NCBI GenBank assembly: GCA_039803745.1
Contig: JBDRZD010000011.1
Location: 1 to 35,878, forward strand
Direction: 5' to 3'
From: a candidate division WOR-3 bacterium
GTDB taxonomy: Bacteria > Hydrothermota > Hydrothermia > Hydrothermales > Hydrothermaceae
DNA length: 35,878 nt
Of this stretch, positions 18,502-29,235 are shown in pieces. Numbering within the stretch: position 1 is the stretch's first letter; the number at the start of each line of letters is the position of its first letter. The notes below the pieces were generated by a model. It searched no databases, had not been told where the DNA came from, and was given only the letters and a program-made list of their open reading frames with translations. Both the position numbers and the translations under genes were made by a program.

Positions 18502-19288
18502 TAATTAAAAATTTCTTTATTATAAAATTAAAATCTTCATCATCTTTGAAAAATATCTTTATATATCCACCTTTCTTTTTCTTTTTAATTTCCACATAAA
18601 ATCCCATTTCTTTAAATTTTTCCTCAATGTTTATAATCTCTGCATTCATCTCTTTTTTTGCAATCCTTTCAGTTTTTCTCACACTCATTTTCTCTCTTAT
18701 CATCTTCCTGAACAATTTCATCCTCTCCTTATCATCCTTTAAAGAAAGCAACGCTTTTGCATGACCCTCTGTTATTTTGCCATCAGAGATTGCAGAGATT
18801 ATCTCATGGGGAAGTGTTAGTATTCTCAAAGTATTTGTGATTGCACTTCTTGTTTTTCCTACCTTCTTTGCTATTTCTTCATGGGTTAAACCGAATTTTT
18901 CATTTAAAGTTTTAAAAGCTATTGCCTTTTCAACTGGATTTAAGTCCTCCCTTTGAAGATTTTCAACAATTGCAATTTCAAGGGCTTCTTTATCATCTAT
19001 TTCTTTAACTATGCATGGAATTTCTTTAAGACCGGCTTCTTTTGCTGCATAAAATCTTCTATGTCCACAAACAACTTCAAAATTTTCACCAGATGGTCTT
19101 ACAATAATTGGCTCAACTATTCCTTTTTCTTTTATAGAATCTATTAATTCCTGCAAAGAGGAAGGTGTGATTTTTGTTCTTAATTCATACTTTCCGGGAA
19201 CTATTTTTTCAACTGGCAATTTTTTAACATTTTCCTCTTCAATCCCTTTTAGAAGGGCATCAAGACCTTTACCAAGAACCTTTTTCAT
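18494..19288 (-). CDS. parB: Chromosome partitioning protein ParB/Spo0J
   Basis: Motifs [10 protein letters not shown]...PIIVR, GHRR..A, IVENLQREDLNP, HTH, GHAKALL. Confidence 0.95.
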   Translation of the reverse strand: MKKVLGKGLDALLKGIEEENVKKLPVEKIVPGKYELRTKITPSSLQELIDSIKEKGIVEPIIVRPSGENFEVVCGHRRFYAAKEAGLKEIPCIVKEIDDKEALEIAIVENLQREDLNPVEKAIAFKTLNEKFGLTHEEIAKKVGKTRSAITNTLRILTLPHEIISAISDGKITEGHAKALLSLKDDKERMKLFRKMIREKMSVRKTERIAKKEMNAEIINIEEKFKEMGFYVEIKKKKKGGYIKIFFKDDEDFNFIIKKFLINE

Positions 19289-20030
19289 CTCCTTTTAAAA
19301 TCTCCTTTGCGAGTTCAAGATAAGCAATCGCACCATAAGAGGAAGGGGCATAATCAAAAATACTTTTTCCAAAACTTGGTGCCTCAGCAAATCTTACACT
19401 TCTTGGTATAACTACCTTAAAAACCTTGTCTTTAAAGGCTTTTCTCAATTCTTCCTCAATTGCATACGAAAGTTTTGTCCTTCTATCAAAAAGTGTTATT
19501 AAAAACCCTCTTATTTTAAGTGAAGGATTCAAAAAATCTTTAACTCTCTTTATAACTTTTAGAAGATGGGTTAAACCTTCAAGAGAATAATATTCACTTT
19601 GAACAGGTATTATAACGGAATTTGAGGCAGTTAAAGCATTTATTGTTAAAATTGAAAGTGAAGGGGGCGTATCTATGAGAACATAATCAAAATCTTTTAA
19701 ATTTTTAATGATGTTCTTTAAAAGGCTTTCTTTTTCTTCTTCATTTTTTATCTCTTCGATTAAACCTGAAAGTTCAAAATTTGAAGGGATTAAAAAAAGA
19801 TTTTCATTTATCTTCTGAATTATTTCTTCTAAACTCTTTTTTGAAGAAAATACTTCATATATATTACCTGAGGAAGAATTTATTCCAAATCCAGATGATA
19901 AGTTTGCCTGAGGATCAAGGTCAATTGCACAAACTTTTTTATTTAATTTACTAAATGCAAAAGAAAGATTCAAACATGTTGTTGTTTTACCAACACCTCC
20001 CTTTTGGTTTGCTATTGAATATATTATCAT
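19269..20030 (-). CDS. parA: Chromosome partitioning ATPase ParA/Soj
   Basis: Motifs [41 protein letters not shown]. Confidence 0.95.
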   Translation of the reverse strand: MIIYSIANQKGGVGKTTTCLNLSFAFSKLNKKVCAIDLDPQANLSSGFGINSSSGNIYEVFSSKKSLEEIIQKINENLFLIPSNFELSGLIEEIKNEEEKESLLKNIIKNLKDFDYVLIDTPPSLSILTINALTASNSVIIPVQSEYYSLEGLTHLLKVIKRVKDFLNPSLKIRGFLITLFDRRTKLSYAIEEELRKAFKDKVFKVVIPRSVRFAEAPSFGKSIFDYAPSSYGAIAYLELAKEILKGDEKGSW

Positions 20031-21715
20031 TCTTCTTTTAGCATAGGAATTTTTATTCCAAATTTCTTTGCAATTTCAATTGCCTTTTCATATCCTGCAT
20101 CTGCATGCCTTGCAATTCCTATACCGGGATCATTTGTTAAAACCCTTTCAATTTTCTTATCAGAAATTTTTTCTCCATCAGCAACTATTACCTGTCCTGC
20201 ATGAATGCTGTATCCTATTCCAACTCCTCCTCCATGGTGAACTGCAACCCAAGAAGCACCAGAAGAGGTATTTAAAAGGGCATTTAAAATTGGCCAATCA
20301 GCAATTGCATCTGAACCATCCTTCATACCTTCTGTTTCCCTATTGGGTGATGCGACAGAACCTGTATCAAGATGATCCCTTCCTATAACAATTGGTGCTT
20401 TTATCTTCCCTTCCCTTACAAGTTTATTAAATAAAAGACCTGCCTTATCTCTCTCACCATAACCAAGCCAGCATATTCTTGCAGGAAGCCCTTGAAAAGG
20501 GATTTTTTCTCTTGCAAGTTTTATCCATCTTAAAAGGGATTCATTCTCAGGGAAAAGTTTACAGATTTCTTCATCAGTAGTATAAATATCCTGTGGGTCA
20601 CCTGAAAGGGCAACCCATCTAAAAGGTCCTTTACCTTCACAAAATAGTGGTCTTATATATTCAATAACAAAGCCTGGAACACGAAAAGCGTCTTTAACAC
20701 CTGCTTTTTGTGCCTGACCTCTTATATTGTTTCCATAATCAAAGGCAACCGCACCTCTTTTTTGCATCTCAAGAATTGCTTCCATATGCCTCGCTATTGA
20801 TTCATAAGACCTTTTTAAATATTCATCTGGATTTTTTCTCCTTAACTCAATTGCCTCTTCTAAAGACATTCTACCTGGAACATAACCATTTAAAGGGTCA
20901 TGGGCAGAAGTTTGATCTGTAACAACATCAGGAATTACTCCCATTTTTACAAGCTCTGGATGAATATCAGAAGCATTACCTACAAGACCTATTGACCTTG
21001 GAATTTTCTTTTTTACAGCTTCATCAACAAGTCTTAATGCCTCTTCAAGATCATAAACCATCATATCACAAAATCCCTGCTTTACTCTTCTTTCAATTCT
21101 CTTAGGATCAACTTCAACATCAAGAATGACCCCTTCATTCATAGTAACAGCAAGTGGTTGAGCACCTGACATACCTCCCATTCCAGCAGTCAATACAAAT
21201 TTACCCCTTAAAGAAGAGCCAAAATGTTTCCTTGCACAGGCTGCAAATGTTTCATAAGTCCCCTGTATTATTCCCTGTGTTCCTATATATATCCATGAGC
21301 CTGCTGTCATCTGTCCATACATAATAAGCCCCATTGCTTCAAGTTTTCTAAAATAATCTAAAGTTGCCCATGCAGGAACAAGCAAAGAATTTGCTATTAA
21401 AACTCTTGGTGCCCATTCATGGGTTTTAAATATCCCAACAGGTTTTCCCGATTGAATCAAAAGGGTTTCATCATTTTCAAGATTTTTTAAAGCCTCTACA
21501 ATTGCCCAGAAACATTCCCAGTTTCTCGCTGCCTTTCCTGTTCCCCCATAAACTATTAATTCCTCAGGTTTTTCAGCAACATCCGGATCAACATTGTTCA
21601 TAAGCATCCTTAAAGCAGCCTCCTGAATCCAGCCTTTACACTGAATCTCCTTACCCCTTGGTGCTTTAACAGGCTTATACTCCATCTTCTCAATTTCAAA
21701 AACTTTCTTCTTCAT
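20027..21715 (-). CDS. hutU: Urocanate hydratase
   Basis: Motifs [66 protein letters not shown] upstream. Confidence 0.98.
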   Translation of the reverse strand: MKKKVFEIEKMEYKPVKAPRGKEIQCKGWIQEAALRMLMNNVDPDVAEKPEELIVYGGTGKAARNWECFWAIVEALKNLENDETLLIQSGKPVGIFKTHEWAPRVLIANSLLVPAWATLDYFRKLEAMGLIMYGQMTAGSWIYIGTQGIIQGTYETFAACARKHFGSSLRGKFVLTAGMGGMSGAQPLAVTMNEGVILDVEVDPKRIERRVKQGFCDMMVYDLEEALRLVDEAVKKKIPRSIGLVGNASDIHPELVKMGVIPDVVTDQTSAHDPLNGYVPGRMSLEEAIELRRKNPDEYLKRSYESIARHMEAILEMQKRGAVAFDYGNNIRGQAQKAGVKDAFRVPGFVIEYIRPLFCEGKGPFRWVALSGDPQDIYTTDEEICKLFPENESLLRWIKLAREKIPFQGLPARICWLGYGERDKAGLLFNKLVREGKIKAPIVIGRDHLDTGSVASPNRETEGMKDGSDAIADWPILNALLNTSSGASWVAVHHGGGVGIGYSIHAGQVIVADGEKISDKKIERVLTNDPGIGIARHADAGYEKAIEIAKKFGIKIPMLKEE

Positions 21716-21723
21716 AAAACCTC

Positions 21724-23187
21724 CTAAAATTTTGTTCTTTCAGGATAACCCGTTTTATATGGAATAAAACCCCTCAATTCTTCTAAACCTCTTTTAATCC
21801 TAAAAATAACTTCTTCTTTTCCAAGTATTTCCATTATTTCAAAAAGTCCTGGCCCTACCTGCTTACCAGTTAACAAAATTCTTAATGGATGAATAATAAA
21901 GGCGGTTTTAACATTATTTTCCTTTGCCTTTTCCCTTACAATTTTCTCTAAGTTTTCTTTATTAAATTCATTTAATATATTTATTTCACTTAAAACTTCT
22001 TCGATTATTTCAAAAACCTCAGGATATATAAAATACTTATCAATTCCTTCCTTTTCATAATTATATTCTCTTGTAAAAAAATAATCAGCAAATTCTGGAA
22101 ATTCTTTTAAAATCCTGATCCTTGTTTTAAATAAAGGAATTATTTTTTTTAAAATCTCCATATGCTTTTCTTTTTCAAACCACTCCTTCTTTTCAAAAAA
22201 AACCAAAGATTCATTCAGAATTTTTTCATCTGGGGAATTTTTTATATATTCTGAATTCATCCATAATAATTTATTTATATCAAATATACATCCTCTTTTA
22301 TTCACCCTTTTAATATCAAATGTTTCAATCATTTCCTCTTTTGAAATTATTTCTCTGTTATCCCCGGGGGACCACCCTAAAAGGGCAAGAAAATTGAAAA
22401 TGGCCTCGGGCAAAAAGCCTCCTTCCCTGAATTCTGTTATTGAAGTTGCACCATGCCTTTTTGAAAGTCTTTTTTTATCAGGACCAAGAATCATTGGAAG
22501 ATGGGCAAATTGTGGAATATTCCAACCGAAAGCTTGATAAAGTAAAATTTGTTTTGGTGTATTTGAAATATGGTCATCCCCCCTTATAACATGGGTAATT
22601 CCCATAAAATGATCATCAACAACACAGGCAAGTTGATATGTTGGAGAAAGATCGGGTCTTAATATAACAAAATCTTCAATTTCTGAATTATCAAATTCTA
22701 TTTCTCCATGAATCAAATCAAAAAATTTTGTTTTTCCTTCTGGAATTTTAAACCTTATAGCCTTTTTTCTGCCCTCTTTTTCTAACTTTTCAATCTCTTC
22801 TTTAGTTCTTTTAAGACATGTTCTTGGGTATTTAAAGGGTTTTTTTAAAATTTTTGCTTCTTCTTTATATCTTTCAAGTTCTTCTTCTGTGCAAAAACAA
22901 TAATAGGCTTTCCCTTCTTTTAGCAATTTAAAAGCATATTCTTTATATATTTCAAGCCTTTTTGATTGATAAATTATTTCTCCATCCCATTTAACACCTA
23001 TCCATGAAAGACCATCAATGATTATTTTAATCCAGTCTTCTCTTGACCTTTCAGGATCAGTATCCTCTATCCTTAAATAAAATTCTCCTTTTTGATTTTT
23101 TGCAAACAAATAATTATAAATGGCAGTTCTAACACCTCCTACATGGAGAGCACCTGTCGGGGAAGGAGCAAACCTAACTTTTACCAT
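21724..23187 (-). CDS. gltX: Glutamate--tRNA ligase
   Basis: Motifs [31 protein letters not shown]; anticodon domain PLR..LTG...GP.L. Confidence 0.97.
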   Translation of the reverse strand: MVKVRFAPSPTGALHVGGVRTAIYNYLFAKNQKGEFYLRIEDTDPERSREDWIKIIIDGLSWIGVKWDGEIIYQSKRLEIYKEYAFKLLKEGKAYYCFCTEEELERYKEEAKILKKPFKYPRTCLKRTKEEIEKLEKEGRKKAIRFKIPEGKTKFFDLIHGEIEFDNSEIEDFVILRPDLSPTYQLACVVDDHFMGITHVIRGDDHISNTPKQILLYQAFGWNIPQFAHLPMILGPDKKRLSKRHGATSITEFREGGFLPEAIFNFLALLGWSPGDNREIISKEEMIETFDIKRVNKRGCIFDINKLLWMNSEYIKNSPDEKILNESLVFFEKKEWFEKEKHMEILKKIIPLFKTRIRILKEFPEFADYFFTREYNYEKEGIDKYFIYPEVFEIIEEVLSEINILNEFNKENLEKIVREKAKENNVKTAFIIHPLRILLTGKQVGPGLFEIMEILGKEEVIFRIKRGLEELRGFIPYKTGYPERTKF

Positions 23188-23717
23188 TTTATTTCAAATT
23201 CAAGAAACGGAAAATTTTTAACGGGTGAAAAAATTGTTTCAATTTCAATTTTAATTCCTATTTCTTCAAAAGCCCCTTCTATAAAACCTTTTATTTCTTC
23301 CTCAACAAATTCATTGAATTCTTCAAATCTTTCTATTTTAATTCTAACCGTATTTTCAGAAATTTTAGAAACTGTATACTTACCACCAATATAAAAGGAT
23401 TCACCGATTAAAATAGCCTTATTTAAAACCCAATCTATATCCATTTTTTTTGCAACCCTTAATTCAGTTGAAATAAATTCTCTACCTTGTTTTTTCCCCA
23501 ATTCTTTTACAAATTCTTTACCTTTTTTAAAACCTATTATTTCTAAAAGAGACAGGTATATTTCAAAAGGAAAAACATCATCTTCTTTTATTTTTTTAAA
23601 CTCATCTGGAAGAATATCTCTATATTTAGAATACAATTCTTTATAAATTTCCTTCGCATTTAATACATCCTTTATTCCCTCGATTATATAAATCAAATTT
23701 CTTCCTTTAATTTTCAT
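23181..23717 (-). CDS. Hypothetical protein, possible HNOX/V4R-fold (DUF2378-like) ligand-binding domain
   Basis: IKG start, 'FP.E.Y..L', 'ELG...G', 'Y..G...V', 'GFIEG..E..G' and terminal 'EFEIKW'; recognised by pattern only. Confidence 0.55.
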   Translation of the reverse strand: MKIKGRNLIYIIEGIKDVLNAKEIYKELYSKYRDILPDEFKKIKEDDVFPFEIYLSLLEIIGFKKGKEFVKELGKKQGREFISTELRVAKKMDIDWVLNKAILIGESFYIGGKYTVSKISENTVRIKIERFEEFNEFVEEEIKGFIEGAFEEIGIKIEIETIFSPVKNFPFLEFEIKW

Positions 23718-23723
23718 TTTATA

Positions 23724-23774
23724 ATTTTAAATTATACAGTAAATTTGACACTTTTTCAACTAAAAGTTTATAAT
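23724..23774. promoter_or_regulatory. Overlapping divergent sigma70 promoters: (+) TTGACA-N18-TATAAT; (-) TTGAAA-N17-TATAAT plus a second TAAAAT
   Basis: Plus: TTGACA 23745-23750, TATAAT 23769-23774. Minus (plus-strand text): TTTCAA 23754-23759, ATTATA 23731-23736, ATTTTA 23724-23729. Confidence 0.75.
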
Positions 23775-23801
23775 TTACTTCTTTTTATAAGGAGGTTTAT
23801 T

Positions 23802-24185
23802 ATGATAATTCCTGAAGATTTAAAATATACGAAGGAACATGAATGGGCAAAAATAGAAGGAGATATCGCAACAATAGGGATAACAGATTTTGCACAAAGC
23901 GAATTATCTGACATAGTTTATGTTGAATTGCCTGCTATAGGCACACTGGTCGAACAGATGCAACCCTTTGGAAGTGTTGAAGCAGTAAAAACTGTTGCTG
24001 ACCTTTATGCTCCTCTTACAGGAGAGGTGATTGAAGTAAATGAAGAACTTGAAACAAATCCAGGAATAATAAATGAAGATCCATATGGACTGGGATGGAT
24101 GATAAAAATAAGAATTACAAATCCTGAAGAAATTCAGAATCTTTTATCTCCAGAGGAATATAGAAAACTTATAGGAGCTTTATAA
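23802..24185 (+). CDS. gcvH: Glycine cleavage system H protein (start revised from 23745 to the ATG at 23802)
   Basis: Motifs YTKEHEW, GITDFAQ, lipoyl-Lys VEAVKT, DPYG.GW. AAGGAGG precedes 23802, and the TTG at 23745 is the -35 box. Confidence 0.97.
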   Translation: MIIPEDLKYTKEHEWAKIEGDIATIGITDFAQSELSDIVYVELPAIGTLVEQMQPFGSVEAVKTVADLYAPLTGEVIEVNEELETNPGIINEDPYGLGWMIKIRITNPEEIQNLLSPEEYRKLIGAL

Positions 24186-24187
24186 AT

Positions 24188-25522
24188 ATGGAGTACCTTC
24201 CAAAAAGTGAAAAAGAAAGAGAGGAAATATACGAGTTTTTAAAAATAAAAAAAATTGAAGATCTCTTACAACACTTACCTCAGGATAAAATTCTTAAAGA
24301 ACCTTTAAAAATACCAAAAGGGAAAAGCGAGATTGAAGTTAGAGAGATAGTAGAAAATCTTGCAAAATCAAACAAATGGGACCTTATAAATTTTGCTGGC
24401 GGTGGTTCTTATGATCATTTCATTCCAGCAGTTGTGAATTATGTAATTTCAAGGCCAGAATTTTACACAGCCTATACTCCATACCAGGCAGAAGTTTCTC
24501 AAGGAACGCTTCAGGCAATGTTTGAGTATCAAACCCTTATATGTGAATTAACAGGAATGGATGCTTCAAATAGTTCAATGTATGAAGGAGGAAGTGCGCT
24601 TGCAGAAGCAATTTTAATGGCATGCAGAATAAAAAATAAATATAGAATTTTAATACCTGAAAACCTTAATCCAATTTATAAAAGTGTAATTTCCACTTAT
24701 ACATCTCATGTGGTAGAGATAAAAGAAATTCCTTATGACAGAAAAAATGGAAAAATAAAATATGAAGATATTGAAAAAGAAATTAATGAAGAAACAGCAG
24801 GAATTGTTTTACAGCATCCCAATTTCTTTGGCATTCTTGAAGATCCGGAAATAATTAGAGAAATAAAAGAAAAGAAAGATTTGATTTTCATAATGGTTTT
24901 TGACCCCACCTCTTTAGGGATATTAAAACCACCGGGTGAATATGATGCCGATATTGCAGTTGCAGAAGGTCAATCTCTTGGCATACCAATGGGATTTGGG
25001 GGACCTTATTTAGGAATATTTACATGTAAGGAAAAGTATATAAGGATGATGCCCGGAAGAATATCCGGAGAAACAAAAGACATTGAAGGAAAAAGAGCAT
25101 TTGCAATGGTGCTTCAAACAAGAGAACAACATATAAGAAGGGAAAAAGCAACAAGCAATATTTGCACAAATGAAATGCTCTGTGCACTTGCTGCCTGTGT
25201 TTATCTTTCAGCAATTGGAAAAGAAGGGATAAAAGAACTTGGGAGACATATCTTATATAAATCCCATCTTTTTTATGAAATGCTTTTAAAAGAAGGATTC
25301 AAACCACTTTTTGACTCTCCATTTTTTAAAGAATTTGTTATAAAACTTCCAGTTGATGCTGAAGAATTTGTTATAAAGATGGCTGAAAAGGGTTTTCTTG
25401 CAGGAACACCTCTAAAAAGATTTGGCTTTGATAAAGATCTTTTATTGATTGCAGTAACAGAAAAAAGAAAAAAAGAAGAGATGGAAGAATATATAAAAAG
25501 AGCAAAGGAGGTGATTAAATAG
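24188..25522 (+). CDS. gcvPA: Glycine dehydrogenase (decarboxylating) subunit 1
   Basis: Motifs F.GGG.Y.H, EFYTAYTPYQAEVSQG.LQ, NSSMY, FGGP, REQHIRREKATSNICTN. Confidence 0.96.
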   Translation: MEYLPKSEKEREEIYEFLKIKKIEDLLQHLPQDKILKEPLKIPKGKSEIEVREIVENLAKSNKWDLINFAGGGSYDHFIPAVVNYVISRPEFYTAYTPYQAEVSQGTLQAMFEYQTLICELTGMDASNSSMYEGGSALAEAILMACRIKNKYRILIPENLNPIYKSVISTYTSHVVEIKEIPYDRKNGKIKYEDIEKEINEETAGIVLQHPNFFGILEDPEIIREIKEKKDLIFIMVFDPTSLGILKPPGEYDADIAVAEGQSLGIPMGFGGPYLGIFTCKEKYIRMMPGRISGETKDIEGKRAFAMVLQTREQHIRREKATSNICTNEMLCALAACVYLSAIGKEGIKELGRHILYKSHLFYEMLLKEGFKPLFDSPFFKEFVIKLPVDAEEFVIKMAEKGFLAGTPLKRFGFDKDLLLIAVTEKRKKEEMEEYIKRAKEVIK

Positions 25523-25526
25523 GATA

Positions 25527-26015
25527 ATGATTTATGATGTTGGTATAAAACTTTTCAAAAATGAAAAGATTGTATTTTTTATATTGTATGAAATAAGTGA
25601 CAAAATGGGAATAATTTCTGATATCCTTGATATTATAAAGGAAAGAGGAATAAATTTACTTCTTGTTGACGCAGTTCCTTTACCAAAAGGTAAAATAGGT
25701 TTTAATTTTGTAGTTCAGGATAGTGAAAGAGAAGAAATGAAAAATTTACTTGAAGAGATAATAGAAACAAGCGGAACAGGTTATTTAAAAGAATTTGATA
25801 ATGTGGCACTCCTTGTATTTCTCGGGGAAAACCTTGCAAGGAGAAAAGGGATTGTTGCCGGGGTATTAAATCTTCTTGCTTTTTATGGAATAAAAATATT
25901 TTTAATCTCTTCATCCTTACATTCCTTTTCTATTTTAATTTCAAAGGAAAAAATGGATTTTACCCTTGGAATTTTAAGAGAGAATTTAAACATATTGGAA
26001 GAGAGTATTGTATGA
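25527..26015 (+). CDS. Tandem ACT-domain protein (aspartokinase-beta-like)
   Basis: 'ISDKMGII..I...I...GINL..V' and 'VALL...G..L....GI...V...L....I.I..ISSS..S.S..I'. Confidence 0.7.
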   Translation: MIYDVGIKLFKNEKIVFFILYEISDKMGIISDILDIIKERGINLLLVDAVPLPKGKIGFNFVVQDSEREEMKNLLEEIIETSGTGYLKEFDNVALLVFLGENLARRKGIVAGVLNLLAFYGIKIFLISSSLHSFSILISKEKMDFTLGILRENLNILEESIV

Positions 26016-26353
26016 AATTAAGAAAATTTCTAAAAAGTAAAATACATGGTGCAGTTGTTACAAAAACAAGCCTTGATTACGAAGGAAGCATCAGTCTGCC
26101 CCCTTCAATTATGAAAGAAGGTGATATAAAGGAATATGAATTTGTTATGGTAATAAATAAAGCAAATGGCAAAAGATTTGAAACCTATGTGATAAAGGGT
26201 GAAGAAGGAGAAGTAACACTTTATGGAGGGGCTGCAAGATTGTGTTATGTAGGTGACGAAATTTTTATATTTTCTTTCATATTTTCTGAAGAAGAGATAA
26301 AGCCAAAAATAATATTTGTTGATAAAGAAAACAGGATTAAGGGAATAAGATGA
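26012..26353 (+). CDS. panD: Aspartate 1-decarboxylase
   Basis: Motifs LKSKIH.A.VT, cleavage site YEG-SI, NG.RFETY, GGAAR. Confidence 0.95.
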   Translation: MKLRKFLKSKIHGAVVTKTSLDYEGSISLPPSIMKEGDIKEYEFVMVINKANGKRFETYVIKGEEGEVTLYGGAARLCYVGDEIFIFSFIFSEEEIKPKIIFVDKENRIKGIR

Positions 26354-27297
26354 TTGGGATAATACTTGCTGGCGGTAAAAGCAAAAGGTTTAATTCAGCA
26401 AAAAGCAAAGTTTTACACCAGCTTTTAGGAAAACCCATTCTTTCCTATTCTATTGAAAATTTAAAAAGATTAAAAATTAAGAGAATATATATAGTAGTAG
26501 GTGGAAAATCAAAAGATGAAATAATAAAAAGGTTTAAAAAAGAAGCCCAAATTATAGACCAGAAATTGCCTCTTGGCACAGGTGATGCTGTTAAAAAAGC
26601 TCTTCAAGAAATAAAAGAAAGAGATGATTTAATAATACTTCCAGGAGATGCTCCGCTTTTAAAGTATGAGACATTAAAAAATTTTGTTGATTTTTACAAT
26701 AAAAATAAGCCAGATGCTTTAATTTTAACTGCAATTTTTGAGGATCCAAAAGGATATGGAAGGATAATAAAAAAGAATTCAAGAATAATTAAAATTGTGG
26801 AAGAATTGGATGCAACAGAAGAGGAGAAAAATATTAAAGAGATAAATACAGGGGTTTATATATTTAAAAGAGAAAGTATTGAAAAAGTTATAAATAAGAT
26901 AAAACCCTTAAACAAAAAAGGAGAGTATTATTTAACAGATTGCATTCATCTTTTAAATTCTGAAGGAGCAAAAATTCTTGCCTATCAATCTTCTGAACCC
27001 GATGAATGTCTCGGAATAAATAAAAGAGAGGATTTTATCAAAGCTTTTAAAATAATGAAAGAAAGAATAATTAAAAAATTTCTTGAAAATGGGGTAACAA
27101 TATATTCTCCTGAAAATGTATATATTGAATATGATGTCGAAATAGGAAAGGACACAATTATTTATCCATTTGTATTTATTAAGGGAAAAACAAAAATAGG
27201 CAGTAATTGTGAAATAGGACCTTTTGTTTATATTGAAAATAAAAAAATTAAGGATGGAGAAAAAATAAGAGGGGGTGAAAAATGGTTATATGGTTAA
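26350..27297 (+). CDS. glmU: GlmU-like uridyltransferase with only a short left-handed beta-helix
   Basis: Motifs ILAGG...R, Q...LGTG.A, GDAPL, DP.GYGRI, EINTG, EYYLTD, GIN; only a few hexapeptide repeats before the stop. Confidence 0.8.
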   Translation: MIGIILAGGKSKRFNSAKSKVLHQLLGKPILSYSIENLKRLKIKRIYIVVGGKSKDEIIKRFKKEAQIIDQKLPLGTGDAVKKALQEIKERDDLIILPGDAPLLKYETLKNFVDFYNKNKPDALILTAIFEDPKGYGRIIKKNSRIIKIVEELDATEEEKNIKEINTGVYIFKRESIEKVINKIKPLNKKGEYYLTDCIHLLNSEGAKILAYQSSEPDECLGINKREDFIKAFKIMKERIIKKFLENGVTIYSPENVYIEYDVEIGKDTIIYPFVFIKGKTKIGSNCEIGPFVYIENKKIKDGEKIRGGEKWLYG

Positions 27298-27527
27298 TAG
27301 TTGTTCTTTTAATTGTGATATTACAAATTATAATGGATGTTGTAATGATTCTGGGTGGAACATTTTTGACAATTGAATTCAGGACATATTTTGACCTTGC
27401 TTTCTTATTTGCTGTTCTTGGAATGCTTTATAGAGTTTATAAAATGCAAAAAAGGGGAGAGAAGGAAAAATTAAAAGAAAGAATAAAAGAACTTGAAAAA
27501 AAGATAGAAGAACTTCAAGGTAAATGA
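27282..27527 (+). CDS. Small 2-TM membrane protein with a C-terminal coiled coil
   Basis: GGGGGTG SD-like element upstream; overlaps both neighbours; two hydrophobic helices then EKLKERIKELEKKIEEL. Confidence 0.75.
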   Translation: MVIWLIVVLLIVILQIIMDVVMILGGTFLTIEFRTYFDLAFLFAVLGMLYRVYKMQKRGEKEKLKERIKELEKKIEELQGK

Positions 27528-28234
27528 GAACTGGAAGAGGAAAAGAAGAGTTAAGAAGTTTTAAATTTTATCCAAATTATTTAAATGTTCCTGAAGGAAG
27601 TTGTTTGTTTGAAATTGGAAATACAAAAGTTATTGCTACAGCAACAATAGAAGCAAAAGTTCCCCAATTTGCTAAAGAACTTGATGAGGGATGGATAACT
27701 GCTGAATATTTTATGTTTCCAAGGGCAACACCTGAAAGAAATATAAAGGATTTGAAAGGTAAAGATGGAAGGTCAATGGAAATAAGCAGGATTATTTCAA
27801 GGAGTTTAAGGGGTGCCTGTGATAGAAGGAAATTAAAAGGATATACAATAATAATAGATTGTGGAGTTTTACAGGCTGATGGAGGAACAAGAACAGCATG
27901 CATAAATGCAGGATTTGTTGCCTTGTATATTGCAACAAGGTATATGTTAAAAAATAATTTAATAAATGAGGATCCAATTGATAAATTTCTTGGTTCAATA
28001 AGTGTTGGTAAAATAAATGGAGAAATTTATCTTGATTTAAATTATGAAGAGGATTTAAATGCTGAAGTTGATTTAAACATTTCAATGCTTGAAGATGGCT
28101 CAATAATTGATATTCAGGGAACTTCTGAAAAAGGAAGTTTAAGAACTGAAGAACTTTTGAAATTAATAGATGTTGCAAAAAAGGGTATAGAAGTAATTAT
28201 AGAAGAAGAGAAAAAAATTCTCTCTTCTATTTGA
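27524..28234 (+). CDS. rph: Ribonuclease PH
   Basis: Motifs GS.....G.TKV, GWITAEY.M.PRAT, GR..EI.R.I.RSLR, VLQADGGTR.A, LDL.Y.ED, QGT.E. Confidence 0.95.
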   Translation: MRTGRGKEELRSFKFYPNYLNVPEGSCLFEIGNTKVIATATIEAKVPQFAKELDEGWITAEYFMFPRATPERNIKDLKGKDGRSMEISRIISRSLRGACDRRKLKGYTIIIDCGVLQADGGTRTACINAGFVALYIATRYMLKNNLINEDPIDKFLGSISVGKINGEIYLDLNYEEDLNAEVDLNISMLEDGSIIDIQGTSEKGSLRTEELLKLIDVAKKGIEVIIEEEKKILSSI

Positions 28235-29235
28235 TGTTAAAGCATTTTGAAAGGGTTGTCCAAAAAAAATCAAGTGGTGAAAGAATTGATTTATACCTTG
28301 TAAAGAGCGGGATAGGGACATCCCGTTCATTTGTAAAAAATTTAATAGAAAGTGGAAAGGTAAAAGTGAATGGGATAATAGTCTTAAAATCAAATTATAG
28401 AGTCAAAGAAAATGACAAAATAGAAGTAGAATTTGAAGTTTCAGAAAAAAAAGAGATAGTTCGCGAGGATATACCAGTTGATATAATTTATGAAGATGAA
28501 GATTTAGCAGTAATTTATAAGCCTGCTGGTCTTGTTGTTCATCCTGCAAGAGGTCATTTTACAGGAACACTTGTTAATGCCCTTCTTTTTAAATATCAAG
28601 AACTCCCAATAGATGATGATAAAGCAAGACCAGGTATAATTCACAGACTTGATAAAGATACCTCTGGTCTTTTACTAATTGCAAAAACAGATGAGGCATT
28701 ATCAAAACTTGGTGAAATGATGGAAAGAAGGGAAATAAAGAGAAAATATAAATTATTTGTCTGGGGTCTTTTGCCACTTAAAAAAGGAATTATAGAAGCA
28801 CCGATAGGAAGGGATATGGTTGATAGAAAAAAAAGGGCAGTTACAATTTTTAACTCAAAACCCGCAATAACTGAATATGAAGTGATAAAAATTTTTGATA
28901 CATTTATAACATTTTGTGAAGCAAGCCTTTTAACAGGAAGAACACACCAGATAAGGGTTCATTTTGAACATATAGGTCATCCTGTTGTTGGTGACCCTGT
29001 TTATTCAGGAAGGGAGCCAAGAAAGATACTTTCAATAATTCCAAATAGTTTAAGGGAGTTAGCACAGGAAGTTTTAAATATAATAGATAGACAGGCATTG
29101 CATGCCTATTATCTTTCATTTATCCATCCAATTAAAAAGGAGAAGATGGAATTTAAAATAGAAATGCCCTTTGATATGAAAAATCTTTATGAATTTTTAG
29201 AAAAAAAGTTTGAAGGAGGTAAAAATGAAAGATAA
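28234..29235 (+). CDS. rluD: RluA/RluD family 23S rRNA pseudouridine synthase
   Basis: S4 domain, KP.GLVVHP, catalytic HRLDKDTSG, TGRTHQIRVH, QALHA; TGATG overlap with rph. Confidence 0.9.
   Translation: MLKHFERVVQKKSSGERIDLYLVKSGIGTSRSFVKNLIESGKVKVNGIIVLKSNYRVKENDKIEVEFEVSEKKEIVREDIPVDIIYEDEDLAVIYKPAGLVVHPARGHFTGTLVNALLFKYQELPIDDDKARPGIIHRLDKDTSGLLLIAKTDEALSKLGEMMERREIKRKYKLFVWGLLPLKKGIIEAPIGRDMVDRKKRAVTIFNSKPAITEYEVIKIFDTFITFCEASLLTGRTHQIRVHFEHIGHPVVGDPVYSGREPRKILSIIPNSLRELAQEVLNIIDRQALHAYYLSFIHPIKKEKMEFKIEMPFDMKNLYEFLEKKFEGGKNER

Noticed and set aside
20027..21715. Higher GC of hutU as evidence of recent transfer
   Set aside because: Explained by the Gly/Ala/Pro content of a highly conserved enzyme; third codon positions remain AT-rich.
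23745..23801. N-terminal extension of GcvH from the TTG at 23745
   Set aside because: That TTG is the -35 box; a strong SD precedes the ATG at 23802, where homology begins.
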